Shown: piece by piece, positions 39,804 to 48,782 of the stretch | Layout: each line of letters starts with the position of its first letter | How positions within the stretch are numbered: the first letter of the stretch is position 1 | Virus record (IMG/VR): IMGVR_UViG_3300002334_000124 | Span: 20,765 to 84,764 of that record | DNA: 64,000 nucleotides | Strand: one strand, 5' to 3' | Source: a virus | Notes under the pieces: model-generated | Database searches by the model: none | What the model saw: the letters and a program-made list of their open reading frames with translations, nothing else | Told to the model about the DNA's origin: nothing | Translations under genes and position numbers: made by a program

Positions 39804-40414
39804 CCTCTAAGCCAGTGATGGCTATATCCGAGGCTAAGAACAACGCACAGCTGATAGCTCAGTGTGCACAGCTCGGGTATCTTCGAAAGAACTGGACGAT
39901 TCTGGACCCTACGTATGGCAAGGGCAGGTTCTGGAACGATTGGCAACCGAACCGTCTTGTGATTTCTGATCTGGATCCCAATAGCGATGCCACGATCCAT
40001 CACGATTTCACTGCCTTGCCACATATGGATAGGGTCTTTGACGCGGTGGTGTTCGATCCTCCCTACAAGCTAAACGGCACCCCGACTAGCAAAGGTCCTG
40101 CTTCTGGAGACGAGAGCTACGGTGTCAATAAATACGTGCCGATTGACGAACGTCATCAACTGATATACGATGGCCTCGACGAGTGTCTACGTGTCCTGAA
40201 ACCTAAGGGCATGCTGCTCGCCAAGTGTCAGGATCAGGTGTCTTCTGGTCGAGTTCATTGGCAGACGATGTTGATTACACAACATCTAGCTGATGATGCG
40301 ACTCTAGTTGATATGCTGCACCTACCTGGCTACAGACGTCAGCCTCTGGGTCGTCGACAGATTCATGCTAGACGCAACTACTCGACTCTCTTGATCTTTA
40401 GGAAGGACAGATGA
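39800..40414 (+). CDS. DNA amino-methyltransferase (N6-A/N4-C)
   Basis: LDPTYGKG SAM motif and FDPPY catalytic motif. Confidence 0.85.
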   Translation: MTSKPVMAISEAKNNAQLIAQCAQLGYLRKNWTILDPTYGKGRFWNDWQPNRLVISDLDPNSDATIHHDFTALPHMDRVFDAVVFDPPYKLNGTPTSKGPASGDESYGVNKYVPIDERHQLIYDGLDECLRVLKPKGMLLAKCQDQVSSGRVHWQTMLITQHLADDATLVDMLHLPGYRRQPLGRRQIHARRNYSTLLIFRKDR

Positions 40415-40581
40415 AATACTTAGCACGGGTTTGGATGACCGTCTTGGTCTTGATAATTTTGTCGACTATCGCTATTGGTCTGGGCGCAGATTCTTTTGAA
40501 TCATTCGCACTTTTTGTGGCTGCAGAGGTAGCCGTATGTGCTGTGGCGGGGATTACGGTATGGGCTTTGGAGGCGATGTGA
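40411..40581 (+). CDS. Small two-TM membrane protein (56 aa, MKYLARVWMTVLVLIIL...)
   Basis: Read from sequence; 4-nt overlaps on both sides. Confidence 0.55.
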   Translation: MKYLARVWMTVLVLIILSTIAIGLGADSFESFALFVAAEVAVCAVAGITVWALEAM

Positions 40582-41255
40582 TAGGAACCCCCGTACTCGA
40601 AGGCATTGTCGGTTCGACCGCGTATGGCCTTGCAACACCTGAGTCTGACATTGATAAGTTGGGGGTCTTTGCTGCCCCCCTCGACACGCTGTTGGGGATG
40701 CCGTTCTTCAAGGCGTCCGTGTCTTGTAACGACCCAGACGTGACGTATCACGAACTCAAGAAGTACATGTACCTCGCAGGAAGAAGTAACCCAGCGGTGT
40801 TGGAGTTGTTGTACCTCAACGACTACACGGTCGCGACCGATGATATTGGTAAGGTGCTGGTCGAGAATCGTGACATGTTCATCTCTCAGAGGATCCGTGA
40901 CTCTTATGGAGGCTACGCCCTGCAACAGGTGAGACGTCTAGAACGTAGAGGTGACGGTTCGTTCAAGTCTAAGCTGCGCAAACGTAAGAATAAACACAAA
41001 CGCCACATCGCACGATTGGTGGTCCAGTGTGAGCAAGCCCTAGACGAAGGTTTTCTGCAAGTGCGACTCACTCCCAGTCAGATCGAAGAGGTGCGATTCG
41101 TAGAGCAAATGGACGATGATCAACTTTCGATTTGGTTTGAAATGAAGCTTGTCCGCATCGACAGTACGCCCTCAGGCCTACCAGAAAGCGCAGACTGGGA
41201 TAAGATCAACGATCTACTTCTTGAATTCAGGAGAACACAATGGCAATCCCAGTAA
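40578..41255 (+). CDS. Nucleotidyltransferase, DNA pol beta superfamily (RlaP/YcgL-like)
   Basis: GSTAYGLATPESDIDKLGVF, HELKKY, NPAVLELLY. Confidence 0.85.
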   Translation: MIGTPVLEGIVGSTAYGLATPESDIDKLGVFAAPLDTLLGMPFFKASVSCNDPDVTYHELKKYMYLAGRSNPAVLELLYLNDYTVATDDIGKVLVENRDMFISQRIRDSYGGYALQQVRRLERRGDGSFKSKLRKRKNKHKRHIARLVVQCEQALDEGFLQVRLTPSQIEEVRFVEQMDDDQLSIWFEMKLVRIDSTPSGLPESADWDKINDLLLEFRRTQWQSQ

Positions 41256-41701
41256 ATATCACCATAGTTGCCAAAGTAGGTGCCGCGTCGTTCGAGATTA
41301 ATTCGGTGGAAGGTGACGTTTTGCATCACATCACTGGTCCTGACTTTATGAAGCAGCTCATGGACCTTGCTGGTTTTGTGGCTGCTCCTGATGCAGAGGT
41401 CGAACCGCCGAATGCACATAAAGTGACCGAACTGAACTCTGCCGCGGTCACAGGAGGTGGGGTTGAGGATGACTCAGCGAGTATGGGTAGTGTTGAAAGT
41501 TTCACCCAGCGAGGAGTCCGCACGACTCCACTTGACGGAGATGGGGTAATGGAAGAGGAACCAATCTTCTCTCCTGGCTCAAGTAATGCTGAGAAGCCGT
41601 TGAAAACATTCGGTGCTGATTACGACAACACCGAAGAGGGTCGAAAAAAGAGAGAGGCGATGGCAAGCATTCGAGATGAAGGAGGATGGACCAAGACATG
41701 A
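41240..41701 (+). CDS. Hypothetical protein
   Basis: AGGAGA RBS. Confidence 0.55.
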   Translation: MAIPVNITIVAKVGAASFEINSVEGDVLHHITGPDFMKQLMDLAGFVAAPDAEVEPPNAHKVTELNSAAVTGGGVEDDSASMGSVESFTQRGVRTTPLDGDGVMEEEPIFSPGSSNAEKPLKTFGADYDNTEEGRKKREAMASIRDEGGWTKT

Positions 41702-42000
41702 GCATCCTTGGAGACTACATCATCACCAACATATCGTTTGGGAAGGAAGGTATACGGATCGATTACATGGAGCAGCGCTTCCAGACTGACGGCGCAGGTC
41801 TTGAATCCGGATTGACTTTGGTTGACCTGGATGACACTAAGACTGCTGTGATTGTTGAGATCCAAGCAGTCTTGAGTGATTTCATTGACGAGTACAAAGA
41901 GAACCTTCCCGACCGTAACCGTCCAGATACTCTTCCTGATAATCGTTTCCAAAGAATTCGAAAGGGTGATGATGGGAACAAAACCGTTGATGAGGCCTGA
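41686..42000 (+). CDS. Hypothetical protein
   Basis: AGGAGG upstream; start may be 41698. Confidence 0.5.
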   Translation: MDQDMSILGDYIITNISFGKEGIRIDYMEQRFQTDGAGLESGLTLVDLDDTKTAVIVEIQAVLSDFIDEYKENLPDRNRPDTLPDNRFQRIRKGDDGNKTVDEA

Positions 42001-42148
42001 CTGTCAGAATTGTAAGATTCCTACCGTTCATCATTGTCCTGAGACTCAGATCTGTGACTGGTGGAAGTGCCCTAGGTGTAATTCGTTCGGCAATCTGAAA
42101 TGCTGGTACGACACCCAGTCTAAGAAACTAATCAATGACCCGGCGTAG
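41990..42148 (+). CDS. Small Cys-rich Zn-ribbon protein
   Basis: CQNC...HC....C...CPRC. Confidence 0.45.
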   Translation: MRPDCQNCKIPTVHHCPETQICDWWKCPRCNSFGNLKCWYDTQSKKLINDPA

Positions 42149-42578
42149 GTGTAGTGGATGTCGAGATTATTTCGAGGAGATGTGGCATGTGTCAACCATT
42201 GAGGCATTCTGTTCCGAACGTTGCGCGTTGGCGAAGAGTGATCAGCGTAGGAAAGTTCTTCATGCGCCGAATAAGGACGACATTCCACAGGATGTGCGCG
42301 CCGCGGTTCTAAAGCGGGACTCTGTTTGTCAGATGTGTGAGGAGACATCGAAACTGAATGTTCATCACATATTCTTTCGTAGTGAAGCCCCGATCGAGTG
42401 GCGTCACGACCCGTCCAACCTGATTGTTCTATGCAGGGGGGATCATGATTTGGTTCATTCTGACAAAGAGAAATATCAACGTGTATTGCTAGACAAGATG
42501 ACTCGTTTGGGTTATGCTGTCGATTACGACACGGCCATCGATAATGGTTGCCCCATGCCAGTAGGAGTAAGCTCTTGA
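42135..42578 (+). CDS. HNH endonuclease
   Basis: RDSVCQMCE..LNVHHI...NLIVLCRGDHDLVH. Confidence 0.85.
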   Translation: MTRRRCSGCRDYFEEMWHVSTIEAFCSERCALAKSDQRRKVLHAPNKDDIPQDVRAAVLKRDSVCQMCEETSKLNVHHIFFRSEAPIEWRHDPSNLIVLCRGDHDLVHSDKEKYQRVLLDKMTRLGYAVDYDTAIDNGCPMPVGVSS

Positions 42579-42991
42579 AGATACGACTAAGCAATCCCGA
42601 CAATCTCTATGCCTCCACTCTGTACACTGAGGGATGCGATGTAGAGATCACCGAAGCTTTCATAGGACCGATGCTGACTACCGTGGACGGTGAGAAGATT
42701 GGCATCTCGATGCGTGATTCGGGTTTTGAGGTGTGCTACACCTCACATGATGGAGCGGAACCTCAATGGTTCTCGTTTCAAGGTGGGGCTGTCAAACCCA
42801 ATCCCAAGAACTACGGAAATGATGATGCAATGATGGCTGCTTGGCTGTTGATTGCCAACGCATGGGGTGGGAACTGGGACGCTGCTCCTAACGAGTGGAG
42901 TGACGCCGCTACCAGATGGCGCGACGAACATCTCAATTCGTATTTGGCAGCAACAAAAGAACAACGTCCGATGGAAGATGAAATCAAATGA
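42548..42991 (+). CDS. Hypothetical protein (start uncertain)
   Basis: ORF overlapping neighbours. Confidence 0.5.
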   Translation: MPHASRSKLLKIRLSNPDNLYASTLYTEGCDVEITEAFIGPMLTTVDGEKIGISMRDSGFEVCYTSHDGAEPQWFSFQGGAVKPNPKNYGNDDAMMAAWLLIANAWGGNWDAAPNEWSDAATRWRDEHLNSYLAATKEQRPMEDEIK

Positions 42992-43860
42992 AGACACATA
43001 TAATCAGTCATGGCGGCTGTCCCGACGGATTCACTAGCGCATGGCTACTGAATCGACATTACGAAGGCCAAGACGTTGTTCATCATTTTGCATACGACCG
43101 TCTGAATTCGCCCAAAGAAATTGAGCCAGGAGATCGGGTTCTCATCGCGGACTGGAGTTACCCACGCCAGGTACTTCTTGATCTGTCTGAGACGACCTAT
43201 GTGACTTTGCTTGATCATCACAAAACGGCTGAAGCAGACCTTGAAGGGTTGGACTGCCCTGGCCTTGACATCATCTTTGACATGAACAAGAGCGGTGCCA
43301 TGCTGGTGTGGGACTGGATAGGTCAGCCCGACGGGGCAGAAGCCTTGGTGTATTATGTCCAGGACTACGACCTGTGGACCAAAGAGAAGCCAGACACTGA
43401 AGAGATCAACGCTATTGTCCAGAGTACCCCGATGAAGTTCGAGGACTGGGACAATCTAGCATACGACTTGGCTTTCAATCGTAAGGACGTGGTCAGAGAA
43501 GGCACGGCAGTACGCCGGTATCAACGTAAGATCATCGATGCGGCAAAGAAGGACGCCAGACGTATGAACATCGGAGGGTACTCTGTTTGGGTCACTCAGG
43601 CTCCTTACGCGTTGGGTTCCATGATCGCAGGTGAACTTGCAGAAGAGTATCCTGACGATGCGTTCGCGGCCTATTACATAGCTCTACCCGGAGAGTTTCA
43701 GTTTGGTCTGCGTTCGCGCAATGACGATGGTCCCGGCTTTGACGTGTCTGAAGTCGCACAAATTTTCGGCGGTGGAGGTCATCACAACGCATCTGGTTTC
43801 AAGATAAAATGGTCTGAGTCTATGGACCCATTGCAGGTTCTGCTTGATGTGCAAAGTTGA
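42988..43860 (+). CDS. DHH/DHHA1 phosphoesterase (NrnB-like nanoRNase)
   Basis: HGGCPDG, IADWS, LDHHKT, QDYDLW, GGGHHNASG. Confidence 0.9.
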   Translation: MKTHIISHGGCPDGFTSAWLLNRHYEGQDVVHHFAYDRLNSPKEIEPGDRVLIADWSYPRQVLLDLSETTYVTLLDHHKTAEADLEGLDCPGLDIIFDMNKSGAMLVWDWIGQPDGAEALVYYVQDYDLWTKEKPDTEEINAIVQSTPMKFEDWDNLAYDLAFNRKDVVREGTAVRRYQRKIIDAAKKDARRMNIGGYSVWVTQAPYALGSMIAGELAEEYPDDAFAAYYIALPGEFQFGLRSRNDDGPGFDVSEVAQIFGGGGHHNASGFKIKWSESMDPLQVLLDVQS

Positions 43861-44269
43861 GGACTGCGAGTCAGTCAAGATTATGGCTAGAGGGATGTGC
43901 AATAGTCACTATCTCAGGTGGTACAGGTATGGAAGCGCTCTTGCTGGAGGTACTCCCAATGGAGCCCCTATGACATTTCTGCAAGATGCCATGACCAGTT
44001 CAACGGATGAATGTATCCTGTGGCCTTACGGGGCTTCTAATGGATATGGGGAAGTACTCATTGAAGGGAAGCCGACTTACGCTCATCGTCAAGTTCTCGC
44101 GATGACAACAAAGACTAACCCTTCTGATATGTATGCTTGTCACAAACCGATTGTGTGTCATACTCCACTATGTGTCAATCCTCGTCATCTTAAATGGTGC
44201 ACCCCCACGGAGAATGCAGCCGACATGGTTACAGATGGAACAAGAGCCAATGGGACCGGACTGGTATGA
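43844..44269 (+). CDS. HNH homing endonuclease
   Basis: CKVEDC..ARGMCNSHY; ECILWP; YAHR; CH...CVNPRHL....TEN. Confidence 0.85.
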   Translation: MMCKVEDCESVKIMARGMCNSHYLRWYRYGSALAGGTPNGAPMTFLQDAMTSSTDECILWPYGASNGYGEVLIEGKPTYAHRQVLAMTTKTNPSDMYACHKPIVCHTPLCVNPRHLKWCTPTENAADMVTDGTRANGTGLV

Positions 44270-44640
44270 GTATCACAGATACAAAGGGAAAGACGTTAAT
44301 GAACGACTTCGAAGTTACGCTAGAAGGAGTTAGAGATTCTCCGGACACTTGGGACGACACTCCGATGACAGGTCGGATCATTGCTGTTCGGCATGAGATA
44401 GGGTTTGATCCGGTTGTGATCTTTTTAGATACCGATAAGGAAGAACACGAAATCAATTTGGGTTCGTACGGTGCGCTGCTGCAGATAAGGTTCTTGCGTC
44501 AGCATGAATCTGACGGCCTGGTCTACACGAGCAACCCACCTCAACGTAAATGCTTGAACTGTGGACTCTTCTACTGGACATCAGGAAACGAAGGTGAATG
44601 TGTCCCAACTAATTCGAATCTTCAAAATCCCCCCATTTAA
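44266..44640 (+). CDS. Hypothetical protein
   Basis: ATGA-coupled start (MSITDTK); C-terminal CLNC. Confidence 0.45.
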   Translation: MSITDTKGKTLMNDFEVTLEGVRDSPDTWDDTPMTGRIIAVRHEIGFDPVVIFLDTDKEEHEINLGSYGALLQIRFLRQHESDGLVYTSNPPQRKCLNCGLFYWTSGNEGECVPTNSNLQNPPI

Positions 44641-44866
44641 GTGCCCAACGTGTGAGAATGAAATCATTATCGACGTTCTTAAACCAGAAGGCGATCAGCA
44701 TGTAGTTCGTCGTGTTCTCCGTGGGTGTCCGGATAAAGAAAAGATCATGCATCCGAGCTATCCTGGACTGTATCAACTGTCAAGAGATGAACTCATAGGC
44801 GACTACCTGAAGTTGAGGGCGAAATTGAAAACCGCACAAAACAGACGATTTTGGAAACGAGATTAA
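44597..44866 (+). CDS. Hypothetical protein
   Basis: CPTC motif; start uncertain. Confidence 0.4.
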   Translation, partial: NVSQLIRIFKIPPFKCPTCENEIIIDVLKPEGDQHVVRRVLRGCPDKEKIMHPSYPGLYQLSRDELIGDYLKLRAKLKTAQNRRFWKRD

Positions 44867-44869
44867 CAC

Positions 44870-45283
44870 ATGTTCCATCGACAGACGATACTTCACGATG
44901 ATGATCAAGGTCAGGCAGGGAACTGTCTTCAAGCTGCAGTTGCTTCTTACCTAGACTGGGACTCGATGGACGCGGTGCCCCATTTTCTGCGTTATTCCAA
45001 GCATGAAAATGATGATCCAGATGATCTATGGTGGCTTGCTTATGCAGGGTTCGCTGCGTTGTTGACTCCAAGTCACGTCCTTATGTTTGAAGACGTGACC
45101 GAAGTTCCTTCTGAGGGCAAGTTTATAGTGACGGGAAAGAGTCCGCGAGGAGAGTTCTGTCACGTTGTGGTCTATGAAAATGGTAAGCTTCTTTGGGATC
45201 CCCATCCTAGCGACGACGGGATAGACGACGTGCGAAGGATCGAATGGTTCGCACCTGTTGCTCCGACGGCTAATGTTTCCTGA
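44870..45283 (+). CDS. Hypothetical protein with papain-like Cys/His/Asp pattern
   Basis: GNCLQAAVAS...CHVVV...WDPHP. Confidence 0.5.
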   Translation: MFHRQTILHDDDQGQAGNCLQAAVASYLDWDSMDAVPHFLRYSKHENDDPDDLWWLAYAGFAALLTPSHVLMFEDVTEVPSEGKFIVTGKSPRGEFCHVVVYENGKLLWDPHPSDDGIDDVRRIEWFAPVAPTANVS

Positions 45284-45491
45284 GGGAGATAACCCACTGT
45301 ACCTGGAGGACGGGAGCGTTTGCTATCAAGAGCACTGCGCCCAGTTTCTTCCAGCTGACAACACTTACGTATTTTGTGGCTGTCCTGTCAGTGACATACC
45401 CAACAATGAGAAAGAGGTAATTTGTGAACACACTCTTGGCATGGACTTCGATTCGTACGACTTCGTCGCGGGTTCCGAACCTGGACACTGA
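45273..45491 (+). CDS. Small Cys-rich hypothetical protein
   Basis: ATG 45273 overlaps previous gene. Confidence 0.35.
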   Translation: MFPEGDNPLYLEDGSVCYQEHCAQFLPADNTYVFCGCPVSDIPNNEKEVICEHTLGMDFDSYDFVAGSEPGH

Positions 45492-46041
45492 TGCAGGTAT
45501 TGGTGATCGCCTACTTGAGGTGGGCATCTGGGTAACTGATGCTGATCATCCATGGAAATTCCGTGGCGCCGTCAATCATGTGCTTGAGCCTTGGCCTAGT
45601 TTGGAACTGGTTAAGGTTCGCTGTGACGAAGAGGCCATCGTTCAGAACGAAGCACTTGGTGTCTTCCAGCTCATGGAAATGAACGTGATGCAAGATGCCG
45701 AAACTATCCAGCATGAGGTCATAGATCTGTTGGGTCGTTATGGTGATCCAGGTGAGTTTATCCTGGCCGGACGTGGAGTTGCGATAATCGAACGACCCAT
45801 GATCGCGGAGTGGCTTCCTGAAGTATCTAGCTGGTTCAACCCGGATTTGGTTCTGGACGTTTCGGGGATCAGCTACGCAATGGCAATGGCTGGGCTGTCT
45901 GAGGAGCTAGAGCCACACTACGAGCCGAGCGGCACAAGAGCAATGCATGCTGCGCAGTTGTCATTTCTGGAATTTGAGCACTACACTAGGGTTCTCCAAA
46001 CGGTGCCCCTAGTAGAGCCATCCGATACGCCCGAGGAGTAG
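45424..46041 (+). CDS. Oligoribonuclease (Orn/DEDDh)-like protein with degenerate active site
   Basis: LLEVGIWVTD, LAGRGV, LDVSGI and EFEHY match the Orn scaffold; ExoI D-x-E position reads S-I-R. Confidence 0.6.
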   Translation: MNTLLAWTSIRTTSSRVPNLDTDAGIGDRLLEVGIWVTDADHPWKFRGAVNHVLEPWPSLELVKVRCDEEAIVQNEALGVFQLMEMNVMQDAETIQHEVIDLLGRYGDPGEFILAGRGVAIIERPMIAEWLPEVSSWFNPDLVLDVSGISYAMAMAGLSEELEPHYEPSGTRAMHAAQLSFLEFEHYTRVLQTVPLVEPSDTPEE

Positions 46042-46042
46042 C

Positions 46043-47026
46043 ATGCCAATCGACATTCCCAGGTCAGAGTGGGGCCTGAAAGAACCTAACGAAGTAGTGG
46101 CGCATCCGGTAACCTCCAAAGGCCAGGCCGTCTCGCTTGTGGTCCTGCATCACAGCGTGACCAACGAGACGCCTTTTGTTCGGACGATGCAAGCCATTGA
46201 GAGAGCCCACATCAGTGGGGACTTCTTTGACTACGCTTACAACGCTTCGGCTTCTAACGTGTCAGCCCACACGGCTGAAGGACGTGGTGCCTTGGTGAGA
46301 GGCGGAGCGACCGGTAACGGGGTAGATTCGTATTCGTTGTCTATTGTTCTTATCGGTTCGTTCCACAAGCCAAGCGACAAGCGGTACCACATCGTGCGTG
46401 ACGTGGCAGTCGATAACGTTGCCCACAAGATCGTTAGTTGGATTCGGGCAGGCTACGTATCCCGCAACTTCAAACTAGACCCTCACCATGATCACTACCA
46501 GACTGCATGTTGCGGAGATGCTCTGTCTGTTCGCATACCAGACATCATGACCCGCGTCAACCAATTACTTGATGGAGATTCAGGAGAAACTATGATCGTT
46601 ATTCGGATGTCGCAGTGGGACAACCACTTCAACGAACTTGAAGACTACAACCTGCCTGACGGCGTCGTTGAGTGGTACCAGGAGGGTCTCACCACTCTGG
46701 GGTTCTATTCGGGTGCCATTGATGGAGTGAAGGGTCCCAAGACTCGTGCTGCTTGGTTCGCATTTGAGCAGTCCCAAGGCTACCCCAACGCGAACGATCG
46801 TCCTGGTAATTCCAGCACTGCAGCGTTCCGTCGTCGTCTAGCTGAGATAGGAGATACGGTTGAGACCATTACCAAAGTAGAGGTCGAAGTCGAACGCATT
46901 GTTGAGGTTAAAGTCGAAGTGCCGGTAGTCCCAGCAGGTCTCCAAGCCTCAGTTGACGCGGCCTTGGTGTCGATAAAGGCTGCCAAGCGAATTGTCGACA
47001 CGACAATTATTACCGGGAGTGCATAG
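46043..47026 (+). CDS. Endolysin 1: N-acetylmuramoyl-L-alanine amidase plus peptidoglycan-binding domain
   Basis: VLHHS, AYN, EGRG, H.....TACCG; LGFYSGAIDGVKGPKTRAA. Confidence 0.88.
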   Translation: MPIDIPRSEWGLKEPNEVVAHPVTSKGQAVSLVVLHHSVTNETPFVRTMQAIERAHISGDFFDYAYNASASNVSAHTAEGRGALVRGGATGNGVDSYSLSIVLIGSFHKPSDKRYHIVRDVAVDNVAHKIVSWIRAGYVSRNFKLDPHHDHYQTACCGDALSVRIPDIMTRVNQLLDGDSGETMIVIRMSQWDNHFNELEDYNLPDGVVEWYQEGLTTLGFYSGAIDGVKGPKTRAAWFAFEQSQGYPNANDRPGNSSTAAFRRRLAEIGDTVETITKVEVEVERIVEVKVEVPVVPAGLQASVDAALVSIKAAKRIVDTTIITGSA

Positions 47027-47473
47027 ATGAATGCCCAACGAATAATGAAACTGAGAGATGCGATCATCCTCGGGATGACATTTCTCCTCATCACGTTGGG
47101 GAACAAGCACGACGTTAATGTTCCGGATTGGGCAGGAGAATTCTTCGGCGCCTCAGATGGGACCATGCGTAATGCGATCATTGTCACTGTGCTGTTCTCT
47201 CTTCGTGTGGCCTCAAGGAAATCTCCTTCAGTCGATAAGGTCCTCCATCTGGGTAACGTCTTCCCAGCTCGTGAGATAGAACATACGGGGGCCGAGAAGC
47301 TACTTCATCTACATGACGCGTTGGAAATCGAAGAAGTGATCATTGAAATCCAGGAACAGGTTCCATCTGTCAAATGGCGGGCTACTGAAGACAGTGCATG
47401 GCTCGGAGAAGCAGAAGATGAGGGTTACGTTGATTGGGCCACTGACGTGTTGAGATCTTTGGGGGAGAAATGA
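47027..47473 (+). CDS. Holin-like membrane protein
   Basis: Two short hydrophobic segments; between two lysins. Confidence 0.45.
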   Translation: MNAQRIMKLRDAIILGMTFLLITLGNKHDVNVPDWAGEFFGASDGTMRNAIIVTVLFSLRVASRKSPSVDKVLHLGNVFPAREIEHTGAEKLLHLHDALEIEEVIIEIQEQVPSVKWRATEDSAWLGEAEDEGYVDWATDVLRSLGEK

Positions 47474-48351
47474 ACGTTTTTGAACGGTATAGCCCAGAAG
47501 AGGCTGAAAAGTTTCTGAAGAAGCGGACAACAGCTCCTTCCGTCAACGTATCCAAGCTTCATCCTGTCATGCAAGGACGTTTAGTCGCTGGCTACGAGAA
47601 ATGGGAAGAGAACTATCCAGGCGTTCGTCTTCGCATGCTGTCGGGGACGCGTACCTACAAACAACAGGCCTATTTATACAAGAAGTATGGTTCGCCAAGA
47701 GCTGCTCATCCGAAGTATTCTCGTGGAAGAGACTTCGAAAAGATCAAGGTTGTTGGTTCTCTTCATCAAAAGAAGGGTCGTCGAGGTCAAAAGAAGTACG
47801 GTTGGGCCGTAGATTTCGAACGTCCTTCTGTTGGGTGGCAGCCAGTGTGGGACATCTTCGAGTCGAAAGGCATTGTCTTTGTACTGAGAAAGCTGCCAGG
47901 ACGGCAACGTGAACAGTGGCATGCGACTGTGCGCGCTCAGCGTGGCTGGTTCAGTGGACCTTTCCCGAAGGTGCCTGGGGTGTGGCGCAAGCTGTTCCTC
48001 AACGACATTGGGGCAGACGTCAAGGTCCTGCAGAAGCAATTGGGTGGCCTGTCTATTGATGGCCACTTCGGACGCACCACGAGAACCCGTGTAGTCGCCG
48101 TACAGGCGTCTCTTGGCGTTAAGAGGGACGGCAACTGGGGTTCGACCGATCAGAGGCGCTACGAGGCCGTACACGAGACCAAGCTACGCATTGTGATCCC
48201 CGACAGCGAAGCCATCAAGGCTGTGGTTTCGGAAGCGAAACGCGATGTGGTCGCCATCGTAGCGAACGCACATAGCAAGTCCTTGGTCTTAGAGACCGCC
48301 GCTCAACTGAATAGACGTCTCGATCAGATCAGCACAATCGTTTCAGACTAA
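47470..48351 (+). CDS. Endolysin 2: M15-family peptidase plus peptidoglycan-binding domain
   Basis: RTYKQQAYLY, SLH...AVD, EQWH; GADVKVLQKQL..IDGHFG..T. Confidence 0.85.
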   Translation: MNVFERYSPEEAEKFLKKRTTAPSVNVSKLHPVMQGRLVAGYEKWEENYPGVRLRMLSGTRTYKQQAYLYKKYGSPRAAHPKYSRGRDFEKIKVVGSLHQKKGRRGQKKYGWAVDFERPSVGWQPVWDIFESKGIVFVLRKLPGRQREQWHATVRAQRGWFSGPFPKVPGVWRKLFLNDIGADVKVLQKQLGGLSIDGHFGRTTRTRVVAVQASLGVKRDGNWGSTDQRRYEAVHETKLRIVIPDSEAIKAVVSEAKRDVVAIVANAHSKSLVLETAAQLNRRLDQISTIVSD

Positions 48352-48527
48352 TGGGTAATTGAAAGGGTTGCGGATCACGCCGTGAGCGTATCTTCTTGTT
48401 AGACGGTCGAGTATTCGCACATCCTCAACATGCGCGGACGTATGCTCATGCGAATGACGTACCCGCTACCGGAATCACTCGATGGTTCAGAGACCCTGAC
48501 GGAACCTTGTCACTAAAGGCAGGCTAG
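48351..48527 (+). CDS. 58-codon ORF with in-frame TGA at codon 4 (MGN*KGCGSRRERIF...): candidate selenoprotein/readthrough or pseudogene
   Basis: TAATG coupling upstream, TAGTG coupling downstream, single internal stop in a C-x-x-C position. Confidence 0.5.
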
Positions 48528-48733
48528 TGCCAGTTACAGCTGAAGCGAAAGCGCAGTTCATTGCGACCCTTAAAGACATCGGAGCCGACCAGGCCACGAT
48601 AGATGCAGCTGAACGTGTGAAGATCGAGAGTCCAGAAGATATAGCGCAACGCCCTTCACTCCCAATTCGCCGTTTTCCTGGACTGCGCTCGCGAGCTTCC
48701 AGGATACAAGCGTGGTTGCGTCCCAAGCTTTAG
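48527..48733 (+). CDS. Hypothetical protein
   Basis: GTG start overlapping previous TAG. Confidence 0.5.
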   Translation: MPVTAEAKAQFIATLKDIGADQATIDAAERVKIESPEDIAQRPSLPIRRFPGLRSRASRIQAWLRPKL

Positions 48734-48735
48734 GA

Positions 48736-48761
48736 TTGAATTGCCATCGGCTTTGTCCGAT
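48736..48761 (+). promoter_or_regulatory. Putative late promoter TTGAA-N15-TCCGAT
   Basis: Recurrent motif ahead of the virion-like cassette. Confidence 0.55.
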
Positions 48762-48782
48762 AGTATCTGAGGAGGGACGACC

